From an uncultured Acidobacteriota bacterium (lineage in GTDB: Bacteria; Acidobacteriota; JAQAZP01), in contig CAWIIB010000009.1 in assembly GCA_963836075.1 (NCBI GenBank), positions 864,001-928,000 of the forward strand: DNA of 64,000 nucleotides, written 5' to 3'. Under the pieces are notes generated by a model. It worked only from the letters and a program-made list of their open reading frames with translations, was not told the origin of the DNA and ran no database searches. Of this stretch, positions 55,249 through 64,000 are shown piece after piece; position 1 is the stretch's first letter, and each line of letters starts with the position of its first letter. The position numbers and the translations under genes are program-made.

Positions 55249-55748
55249 TCTACGAAATCCAGCTGGACCAGCAGTCCCACCCGGTGGCGGTGAGCGCCGA
55301 TGGAGAGGGACACTACACGGTGAAGGTGGACGACCGCGAATACGTGGTGGATCTCACCGAACCGCAGCCCAACCTCTTTTCCATGATCATCGACGGCACC
55401 TCGTACGAGGTGGGGGTGGACATCGGGGGCGAGGATTGCGGCCTCTACGTCTACGACCAGTTCTTCCAGCTCAAGGTGCTCGACCCGCGGATGATGGCGC
55501 TGCGCGGCAAGGCCGGCGACGACCTGGTGGGCGGCCGGGCCGAGATCCTCTCCCCCATGCCGGGCAAGGTGGTGAAGTTGCTGGTCGGTGCCGGGGATGA
55601 GGTGACCAAGGGCCAGGGTGTGGTGGTGGTGGAGGCGATGAAGATGGAGAACGAGCTGAAATCGCCCAAGGACGGCAAGGTGACCGAAATCCTGGTCGAA
55701 GAGGGCCAGGCGGTTGATGCCAACGCTGTTCTATTGGTTGTGGAGTAA
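55245..55748 (+). CDS. Biotin carboxyl carrier protein
   Basis: SPMPGKVV, EAMKM biotinylation motif. Confidence 0.93.
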   Translation: MIYEIQLDQQSHPVAVSADGEGHYTVKVDDREYVVDLTEPQPNLFSMIIDGTSYEVGVDIGGEDCGLYVYDQFFQLKVLDPRMMALRGKAGDDLVGGRAEILSPMPGKVVKLLVGAGDEVTKGQGVVVVEAMKMENELKSPKDGKVTEILVEEGQAVDANAVLLVVE

Positions 55749-55882
55749 GAGAAGAAAAGCAAAACAGGGGGAGGGGTGGATCATTCCGTTCCCACTCCCC
55801 GGCCTCAATACAGACCACTACCCGATGATCAAAAATCTCGAACCGGCATACACGAGATAACATCCCGCTGATTCAGGTCAGG

Positions 55883-58161
55883 CTACGGCACCGTCACGTC
55901 GATGGTCACCGCGTGGGAGTCTGCCGCGCCGGCGGGCGGAAAGGGCGGCTGGTTGTAGGGCGCCGGTGTAACGTCCTCGGCGTGGAGGGTGAACACGTTC
56001 TCGCCGTCCAGCGAGCTGAACGCCGGAAGGTTTATTTTCACACTGGTCTCGAAGCGGTTGTAGGGCGCCACATTGGTGAAGCCGGCCCGGTGGTTGTACA
56101 GGAAAGTGCCGTTGGCCAACAGGGTGTCCAGGCGGAAGGCCAGCCGGCGGTAGAACGCGCAGTTGTTGGCCATGGTCATGCCGAAGTTGACCGAGAAGGG
56201 GGCCGTGCCGCCGGTTAGGGAGCTGCGCAGCTCGGTCACCACCTGGGGGAAGAGGTCCACGCCCTGGGCCACCGAAGGGCTGTTCGGGTCGAGGTAGTTG
56301 ACCCGAAGCTCGACGGGCAGCGGCTGATAGGCGATGATCTCGGTTTCCAGGGCGATCCGGCTGCCGTCGACGATGTAGTTGGTATTGCCGGTGGCCGGCT
56401 CGTCGTCATACAGCACGCTCCACTGCAGCCAGTCATTGTCCGGGTCCGGGGCACAGCCGTCTCCCGGGCCGCAGTATCCCGCCGCCAGAACCGGGAACGG
56501 GTCCCACCAGGCGACCTCCTCGGCCTCGCTTTCATCGAAGACGCCGGTGCGGTAGACCACGCTCGAGTTGGTGGGGTTGGAGAGCAGAGATCTCCCACCG
56601 TTTGCCGGCCGCGCCGGTGAGGTGGACGATGCCCGGCTCGTTGGCCAGGTTGGGGGTGCCGTCGCCATACACATTTGAGCCCAGGCGGCGGGGCATGGTG
56701 GCGCTGAAGGGCAGCTCCTTGAGAAAAAGTGTTTTCATCGTCGACTGGCCCTGGTCGTCCTCGGGCCGGTGGTTCACCAGGTCGGTGTCCACCAGGTAGT
56801 TCCGTGCCGCCTCACCGGTGCCGTGCTTGTACGGCGACGGCGGTGAGTAGGCCGCCGGGTCGAAGTTCTCTTCCGTCATCACCCGGTAGACGAAGTCGCC
56901 GAAAATCTCGGCGAGGCGATCCTTGGGCGTGGGGCCGTGCCCCCCCTGGATGACGAGGAAGGTGGTGTGATCGATGCCCCGCTCGCTGAGCTTGCGGTCC
57001 ATGGTGATGAAGTTGGTCACCGGGAAGAAACTGTCGTGGGTCCCGGCTGCCAGATAGACGTACTTTCCCTGCAGCTGATTGAGGTTGTCGGTCCCCCCCG
57101 CCTCGCCGCCGTAGTCGGGGCAGAGTTGATCCGCCAGGTCGGGGTCGGAGGTGCCGAAGACCGGCGTCAGTGCCGGTTGGGGCGATGATCCCGGGGGTGA
57201 GGTGTGGCTGTACCTGGTACGCGTCCAGCCCACCGTAGAGCCGGTAGAGGTTGGCCAGGTCGGGGTTGGTGGCGATGGGGATTGAGCTCAGTTTGCCCAT
57301 GGCCAGCGGAGGAGAACTGGCGAACACGCCGATCACGTCGTAATAATCCTGCTCTCCGTGAATCACGTTCTCGGCCATGGTCAGAGCGGCAAAGGCGCCC
57401 CGCGAGGAGCCGCGGACAATGACCTTCTCCGGGTCGCACTGACAGAGGATGCGCAGGGCGCGAAACAGCCAGCCGACGGCCGCCCGCGATCCGCTGTTCG
57501 CCCCGATGCAGCCATACCCGCCGGCGTTCCAAACCACATAGATCACCCCGCGGTCGTTGGGGTCGTTGTGATACGACTGGATTGAGGTGAGAAAACCGAG
57601 GGGCAGGGAGTTGCCGCCCGGGTCGAAAATGAAGTCGTTGAGGCTGGTCGTGGCGTATCCGGTGATCTGGACCACCACCGGGTAGCGCCGCTGCGGGTCG
57701 GGGGAGTAGTTCGGGGGAAAGAAGATACTGAAGGCGCTGTTCAGGATCTGGCCGCTTCTTTTCACCACGTAGTTGGGGACCAGCTGTACCGAGTTGATGT
57801 TCTCCTGCAGGAACCCGATATCCGAAACCACCTCTATTCCGTCGATGCCGAAGCTCTGGGCGTATCCGCCGCAACGGGCGCGAAAGGCGTCCAGCTCGCT
57901 CTGCCGAATGCCCACCGGGTCGGTGATCATCCAGTCGTAGTCATTGTATTGCGGAGTGAAGTCAGCACCCCGGCCCGGGTCGGGGCTCGTGCCCACACGT
58001 TCCCAGACGTATCCCTCGTTTAGCTCTTCGTCGTAGTGATAGTTGGTGATCACCACGTAAGGGTCGGCGCCGCCATCATCCCGGGCCACGGCCGCCGCCG
58101 GGAAAAAGAGGGCCAGAACAAGAACCGAGGCCAGCAATGGGCAGGTATACTTCTTCAACAT
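55883..58161 (-). CDS. Secreted alpha/beta-hydrolase-like protein with the same conserved C-terminal domain, split by two +1 frameshifts
   Basis: Signal peptide from ATG 58161; GSSRG (ORF 56812..58182); AGTHD and GGHG (ORF 56532..57233); C-terminus DVTPAPYNQPPFPPAG...VTVP (ORF 55883..56674). Confidence 0.7.
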
Positions 58162-58463
58162 CAACCACTCCTGAAAGTGCAAACTCCGCGGGGGAGGGCC
58201 TGGTCAATCAGCGGGAGGTTCTGAAGGGGGACGTGAACAACCTCTCTCTGTCAGGCAAACTTCGATACTGCTCCCGGGTGTTCGACCCTCCCGGGGCCTG
58301 AACTCTTTAATCTTCGCGACAGTTTCCGTGCGACCCGTACTCTGCGGGCCACCCGAAGCGGAGGGTGCCCCAGCGACACCCCACCGATCCTATTAATATA
58401 GGTCTATTTGGTGAAAAAATGCAACTAAAGAAATGACGGCAGTTGCGAGGATGGGGGCACCGG

Positions 58464-58961
58464 TCAGAGCTCGTGGAGCGTCCCGTCCACCGAGGGCGGC
58501 AGTTTTTTTCGCAAGCTCTTGAGGCGGGATGAGCCGGTTTCGCCGCCGAAGGGGTCTTCATCGTCCAGCAGCGGGCCCAGCTGTTCCTCGATGGCGTCGG
58601 GGTCCTCGCCGGCCTCCATGCGGCGGATCGCCTCCTCCATCCCGGCCCCCACCGGCATGCCGGCGGCCTCACAGAGCGTGCGCATCATCCGTGCCGCCTG
58701 GCGCGGGTCCTCGCTGTCCATCCCTTCCGCCTCACTGGCCATGGCGGCCATGGCCCGCTCGAGCTTTGCCTCGTCCACTCCGGACAGCGGGTCGTCGGGC
58801 GACTGGGAGCGCCCGGTGGAGATGGCGAAGGACGATGCCTTCCGCTCCAGGCCCGCCCGGCCGCACGTCGGGCAATCGGGACGCTTCTCGGTGTTCACCC
58901 GCCGGGTGAAGAAGTTGAAGATCACGTGGCAGTCGGGACAATAGAATTCATAGATAGGCAT
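58464..58961 (-). CDS. FmdB-family zinc-ribbon regulatory protein
   Basis: MPIYEFYCPDC...CPTCG; start at 58961. Confidence 0.85.
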   Translation of the reverse strand: MPIYEFYCPDCHVIFNFFTRRVNTEKRPDCPTCGRAGLERKASSFAISTGRSQSPDDPLSGVDEAKLERAMAAMASEAEGMDSEDPRQAARMMRTLCEAAGMPVGAGMEEAIRRMEAGEDPDAIEEQLGPLLDDEDPFGGETGSSRLKSLRKKLPPSVDGTLHEL

Positions 58962-59121
58962 GGTGGCCGCTCCGCGTGTTTCGGGAAAACTACCCCATCT
59001 TATCCCAGCTGAACAGCTCAAAACCAGAGCGTGATCGTGACATCCCCGCCCGATTGATGATAGCCTTTGGCCTCCCCCTCGGGGCGCGTCCCCGGGGCAG
59101 TGGTATGTACGGACACGGAGC

Positions 59122-62100
59122 GTGGATATGGTTGTTTTGGACCTGTCTCAGCTGGACCCATTGCAGCGATACCTTCCGCTGGAGCTGGCGGCGCGGCTAA
59201 GGCAACGACTGGCCGGCGAGGGGCCGGCCGCCCCGCCCACGGTGCCCGGCCTGTATGGCAGCAGCCCGGCGTTCTTCTCCGCCCTGCTGGGCAGCCAGTC
59301 CGGAGCGCGGACTGTCCTGCTGGTGGCTCCGGACAACCAGGCGATCGCCGCCCTCGAGCGCGATCTCGCCTTCTACACCGACTGGCTCGACCCGGGCGCC
59401 CGGATCCAGACCTTCCCCATGCCCGAGGTGAGCCCGTATCACGCCCTGCCCCCGCACTTCGGCATCACCCGCGACCGGCTTGCCGCCCTGGCCGCCCTGG
59501 CCGAGGGCGGTGAGGGGCGGACCTACGTGGTGGCCGCGGCAGGGGCCCTGCTGCACCGGACCTATTCACCGAAAGCGTTCGGCGAACAGTACCACCGCAT
59601 CGACGAGGGCCAGGAACTGCCGCCGATGGAGCTGGCGGCCCGGCTGGACAGCATGGGCTACCGCCGGGTGGACATCGTGGTCTCGGTGGGGGATTTTGCC
59701 GTGCGGGGCAATGTCCTCGATTTCTTCCCGGTGACCAGCGAGCAGCCGGTGCGGCTGATCTACTTTGACGACACGGTGGAAGCGATCCGATTCTTCGAGC
59801 CGGAGAGCCAGCGCTCGGTCGGCTCGGTCCCCTCGGTGGGGGTTGTGCCGGCACGGGAGTGGCTGCTCGACGCCGACGGCATCCGGGTCTGGGCCCTGCG
59901 CGCCCGGCGGCGCTGGACCGCAAAGGCGGCCCACCGCGAGCTGGACGAGATGATCGAGACCCTGGAGCAGAGCGGGATCCTCCCCGAGATGGAGGGGCTG
60001 CGGCACCTGCTGGAGGACGGCCCGGGGTGGTCGCTTCTCGACCACCTGAATGACGACACGCCGGTGCTGCTGCTGGAGCCGGAGCTGCTGGACGAAGCGC
60101 TGGCCGCGTACGGGAAGCGGATGGAGGCCGACTATTCCATCGCGCTCCAGGAAGAACGGCTGGCCCTGCCACCGGACGAGATCTTCATCGACACCAACAA
60201 AATCCGGGAGCGCCTCGATGCGGGCCGCTCGCTGCGGCTGGGCGGCAGCGGCGCTCTGATGGAGAGCGCCGGCCAGGGGCCGGGCACCGAGGAGGGGGTG
60301 CGGTTCGGCGGACAGGTCCACCTGGCGGCCGAGGCGGTGCGCAAGGCGCTGAAGAACGGCGACCGGGTCTGTCTGGTGATGCGCACCCGGGGCAAGCGGG
60401 ACCGGCTGACCGGGATCCTCGCCGAGTACGAACTGGCCCCGCGGCGGGAGGAGAACCTCGACCCGGAGACGAGGAATGCCGGGGACTTTCCCGGGGAGAG
60501 GCCCGCGCTCTACCTGCTGGACGGCCACCTCTCCCGGGGCTTCCGCCACAAGGACGCCGGCCTGACCTTCATCACCGACGACGAGATCTTCGGCGCCGCC
60601 GCGGCCGCTGAACGCAAGCGGGAGAAGCGGCGGGGGGCGGCCAGCTTCACCACCGACTTCCGCGACCTCAGCCCCGGCGACCTGATCGTCCACGTGGACC
60701 ACGGCATCGGCCGCTTCGTCGCCCTGCGCACCATGGAGCGAGAGGGCACCCAGGACTTCATGGTGCTGGAATACCGCGGCGGCGACCGGCTGATGGTGCC
60801 ACTGGAGCGGATGGACCTGGTGCAGAAGTACTCCGGCCTCGAGGAGGGGGCGCCGCAGCTGGACCGGCTGGGCGGACAGACCTGGGCCAAGACCAAAGCC
60901 CGGATCAGCAGATCGATGCAGGACATGGCCCGGGAGCTGATCAACCTCTACGCCTCCCGCGACCAGATCCGCGGTTTTGCCTTCAGTCCGGACACCGAGT
61001 GGCAGCGCGAGTTCGAGGAGAGCTTCGAGTACGACGAGACCCCGGACCAGCGCACGGCCATCGACGAGCTGAAGGAGGACATGGAGCGCCCCAAACCCAT
61101 GGACCGCCTGCTCTGCGGCGACGTGGGCTACGGCAAGACCGAAGTGGCCATGCGCTCGGCATTCAAGGCGGTGATGGACGGCAAGCAGGTGGCCATCCTC
61201 TGCCCCACCACCGTGCTGGCCTACCAGCATTTCAAGACCTTCTCCGACCGGCTGGCCCCCTACCCGGTACAGGTGGGCCTGCTCAGCCGCTTCCGCTCCC
61301 CGGCCCAGCAGAAGGAGACGCTCAAGGGCATGGCCGCCGGCGAGCTGGACGTGGTGGTGGGCACCCACCGCCTTTTGTCCGCCGACGTGGAGTTCCGCGA
61401 CCTGGGCCTTTTAGTGGTGGACGAGGAGCAGCGTTTCGGCGTGTCGCACAAGGAGAAGCTGAAGCGGCTCAGGAAGCGGGTGGACGTGCTGACCATGACC
61501 GCCACCCCGATCCCGCGAACCCTGCACATGTCGCTGGTGGGGGTGCGGGACATGAGCGTGATCGAGACTCCGCCGCGGAACCGGCTCTCGATCCACACCA
61601 ACGTGGTGCCCTTCCGCGGCGAGCTGGTGGCCTCGTCGATCCGCAAGGAGCTGGAGCGGGACGGCCAGGTCTACTTCGTGCACAACCGGGTGGCCAGCAT
61701 CCACTCCATGGCCCAGTACGTGCGCCGGCTGGTGCCCGAGGCCAAAGTGGCGGTGGCCCACGGCCAGATGAGCGAGGGGCCGCTGGAAAAGGTGATGCTC
61801 GACTTCATCAACGGTGAGACCAACGTGCTGGTCACCTCGACGATCATCGAGAACGGCCTCGACATCCCGCGGGTCAACACCATCATCGTCAACCGCGCCG
61901 ACCGCTTCGGCCTCTCCCAGCTCTACCAGCTGCGCGGCCGGGTGGGCCGCTCGGACCGCCGGGCATTCGCCTACCTGCTGATCCCCACCAAGCAGGGGCT
62001 GACCCCCATCGCCCGCAAGCGCCTGGCCGCGCTGAAGGAGTTCAGTGACCTGGGCGCCGGGTTCCGCATCGCCGCCCTCGATCTCGAGCTGCGCGGGGCG

Positions 62101-62655
62101 GGCAACCTGCTGGGCCGCGAGCAGCACGGCCAGATCGCGGCCATCGGCTTCGAGCTCTACACCCGGATGCTGCGCCAGGCAGTGGCCCAGCTGAAGGGGG
62201 AGACCCTGCCCGGCGACACCCAGGCCACCATCAGCCTCGGGGTGGACACCCACATCCCCCACGACTTCATCCCCGACGCCACGGTCCGCCTCTCGCTGCA
62301 CAAGCGGCTGGCCTCGGTCTCCGACGAGGTGCAACTGGAGGACCTGCTGGGCGAGATCGAGGACCGCTTCGGCGCCGCCCCCGAGCCGCTGAGGAACCTC
62401 ATCGAGCTGGTCCGTCTCAGGCTGCGCGCCGAGCAGCTGGGCATCGAGAGCGTGGAGAGCGAGGGGCGGACCCTGGCGGTGAAGATCTCGTCGGAGATCT
62501 CTAAGAAACCGGCCATCGACGGCCAGAAGCTGGTCTCGCTGCTCGCCGAGAACGACGACTTCCAGTTCACCGGCGCCGGGGTGCTGACGATGAAGGTCCC
62601 CCCCGGCACGCCCCTGCTCGAGGCCGCGGGCGGCCTCTTGAACCAGCTGGTGTGA
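59122..62655 (+). CDS. mfd: Transcription-repair coupling factor
   Basis: VHVDHGIG, GDVGYGKTEVA, DEEQRFG, QLRGRVGR, TRCF C-terminus. Confidence 0.98.
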   Translation: MDMVVLDLSQLDPLQRYLPLELAARLRQRLAGEGPAAPPTVPGLYGSSPAFFSALLGSQSGARTVLLVAPDNQAIAALERDLAFYTDWLDPGARIQTFPMPEVSPYHALPPHFGITRDRLAALAALAEGGEGRTYVVAAAGALLHRTYSPKAFGEQYHRIDEGQELPPMELAARLDSMGYRRVDIVVSVGDFAVRGNVLDFFPVTSEQPVRLIYFDDTVEAIRFFEPESQRSVGSVPSVGVVPAREWLLDADGIRVWALRARRRWTAKAAHRELDEMIETLEQSGILPEMEGLRHLLEDGPGWSLLDHLNDDTPVLLLEPELLDEALAAYGKRMEADYSIALQEERLALPPDEIFIDTNKIRERLDAGRSLRLGGSGALMESAGQGPGTEEGVRFGGQVHLAAEAVRKALKNGDRVCLVMRTRGKRDRLTGILAEYELAPRREENLDPETRNAGDFPGERPALYLLDGHLSRGFRHKDAGLTFITDDEIFGAAAAAERKREKRRGAASFTTDFRDLSPGDLIVHVDHGIGRFVALRTMEREGTQDFMVLEYRGGDRLMVPLERMDLVQKYSGLEEGAPQLDRLGGQTWAKTKARISRSMQDMARELINLYASRDQIRGFAFSPDTEWQREFEESFEYDETPDQRTAIDELKEDMERPKPMDRLLCGDVGYGKTEVAMRSAFKAVMDGKQVAILCPTTVLAYQHFKTFSDRLAPYPVQVGLLSRFRSPAQQKETLKGMAAGELDVVVGTHRLLSADVEFRDLGLLVVDEEQRFGVSHKEKLKRLRKRVDVLTMTATPIPRTLHMSLVGVRDMSVIETPPRNRLSIHTNVVPFRGELVASSIRKELERDGQVYFVHNRVASIHSMAQYVRRLVPEAKVAVAHGQMSEGPLEKVMLDFINGETNVLVTSTIIENGLDIPRVNTIIVNRADRFGLSQLYQLRGRVGRSDRRAFAYLLIPTKQGLTPIARKRLAALKEFSDLGAGFRIAALDLELRGAGNLLGREQHGQIAAIGFELYTRMLRQAVAQLKGETLPGDTQATISLGVDTHIPHDFIPDATVRLSLHKRLASVSDEVQLEDLLGEIEDRFGAAPEPLRNLIELVRLRLRAEQLGIESVESEGRTLAVKISSEISKKPAIDGQKLVSLLAENDDFQFTGAGVLTMKVPPGTPLLEAAGGLLNQLV

Positions 62656-62727
62656 GCAATCAGGACCTGCTGGCGAGTTCGGTGAAGTGATGGCCCACAG
62701 GTAATGGAGTGGATGGCGACTGACGAA

Positions 62728-62804
62728 TGGCGAGCCCAACGGGATTTGAACCCGTGCTGCAGGCGTGAAGGGCCGGTGGCCTGATCTGCCTGGAAGATGG
62801 GGTC
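62728..62804 (-). pseudogene. Decayed tRNA-Glu(UUC)
   Basis: Minus strand GACCCCA...CCGGC CCTTCAC GCCTG...ACGGGTTCAAATCCCGTTGGGCTCGCCA: intact T arm and CCA, mismatches in acceptor and anticodon stems, poor D arm. Confidence 0.7.
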
Positions 62805-63099
62805 GCAGGTGTTTGTGCCGGTCGGCCGTGGAGGCGACCCATGCAATCCGCCGTGCCAGCCATCGACGGCCAGAAACGGGTCTCGCTGCTCGCCGAGATC
62901 GACGACTTCTATTTCACCAGTGCCGGGGTGACATTCTCGGCCACCGGCACGATTCTGATGCTCCGGGCTTGAATCCCGCTCGCCGGACCGCGGCTTGTCA
63001 CTCGGGAGGTGAGGAGACTACAATATAAGACTATGTTGGTCGGCATGGTAGACATCCGATGACTCCTCTCGAGTGTGAGCGCTCAACGGTGGAGGCCAG

Positions 63100-63405
63100 G
63101 TGAATTTGAAGTGGAAAGCTGTCACATCCGGTGCGTTTCTTATCCTCTCGGCTGTTCTCTTTGGCTTCATGTCCGGGGGATTCCTGGGGTCACGTGTCTT
63201 CGGCGGCAGCGGCATGGGGTGGGACCGGCTGGCCGACGCCCTGGGGGGGATGATGGTCGGGATCCTGGTCTCGACGGTGGCCTCTGTCTTTCTGCTCCTC
63301 CATCTCGACACGCGGAAGAGGTGGATTGCGGGCGCACTGTTTATCGCCGGCGCCCTGCTGGCGTTGATACTTCTCCGCGTCATCCCGCTGGCGCCCATGA
63401 CCTGA
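63100..63405 (+). CDS. Small membrane protein of unknown function (about 3 TM)
   Basis: GGAGG RBS with GTG start; hydrophobic helices around GMGWDRLADALGG. Confidence 0.6.
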   Translation: MNLKWKAVTSGAFLILSAVLFGFMSGGFLGSRVFGGSGMGWDRLADALGGMMVGILVSTVASVFLLLHLDTRKRWIAGALFIAGALLALILLRVIPLAPMT

Positions 63406-63578
63406 AACCACCTCAGGCGCCTCCATTCAACAGAGATGGAACGATCCTCGGCGGCAGCCGGTCGACTGCTTTACATGGCGGCGCCGTCTTGAATAGCCTG
63501 GTATGATATGGTAGCGTCTTTTTCCCGGTTCGGCACCGACCGGCCAGGTGCCGGCGGACCCAGGAGTTGCAAGGCAAA

Positions 63579-64000
63579 ATGACCATCAGACCGTTAATAG
63601 TATCCGTGATCACCGCTCTTTTCGTCCTCGCCCTGGTGTGCCCGGCGCCGCCGGCCATGGCCCAGGAAGCGGAGGGAGAGGAGCAGGACTACGTCGTGCT
63701 CGATGACGTGATCGCCTGGGTGGGCAGCGCCTACATCACCCAGTCGGAATACGATTTCGACAAGATGCGCCAGCGGAAGATGCTCGAGCAGAGCAAGCTC
63801 CCCGACGAGCAGAAGGAGAGGGCGCTGATCGACTTCGATCGCAAGGTGTTCGACAGCCTGGTGGAGCGGCTGTTGATCCTGCAGGCCGGTGAAGAGGCCG
63901 GGTTGCGGGTGCCCGATTACGAGATGGATCTCTTCATCGACAACTTCATCCAGCAGAACGAGGGCATCAACTCCCTGGAGGAGCTGGACGAGGCGCTGAA
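63579..64000 (+). CDS. surA: SurA N-terminal-domain periplasmic chaperone, 3'-truncated by the window edge
   Basis: Signal peptide, then VVLDDVIAWVG...ITQSE...LVERLLILQAG; SurA-like genes commonly follow mfd. Confidence 0.7.
   Translation, partial: MTIRPLIVSVITALFVLALVCPAPPAMAQEAEGEEQDYVVLDDVIAWVGSAYITQSEYDFDKMRQRKMLEQSKLPDEQKERALIDFDRKVFDSLVERLLILQAGEEAGLRVPDYEMDLFIDNFIQQNEGINSLEELDEAL

Overview
GC-rich bacterial chromosome window spanning the replication origin. Gene polarity flips at rpmH/dnaA. Left arm (minus strand): rpmH-rnpA-yidD-yidC-jag-mnmE-mnmG-rsmG-[2 parS]-parA-parB-bactofilin-selD-sulfatase-like-PAS/SpoIIE, four tandem secreted beta-helix proteins, then atpF'FHAGDC. Right arm (plus strand): dnaA-dnaN-recF-gyrB-gyrA, a small accessory patch, acyl-CoA carboxylase genes, mfd and surA. 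The gene order resembles Acidobacteriota or deltaproteobacteria-like genomes (inference). The most striking signal is a ~120-aa C-terminal domain ending DVTPxPYNQPPYPxxGxxxxxxCTVTGxxP. It is shared by the four beta-helix proteins and by an unrelated secreted alpha/beta-hydrolase ~31 kb away, and I do not recognise it; it is a candidate lineage-specific sorting or anchoring domain. Features the ORF track missed: a UGA(Sec)-containing SelD with a SECIS-like hairpin, rpmH, a diverged copy of the atpC 3' end plus terminator bracketing a Fic gene, an active/dead Deg protease pair, a decayed tRNA-Glu and several palindromic intergenic elements. Several single-base frameshifts may be sequencing errors. 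All calls are made by eye without database searches.
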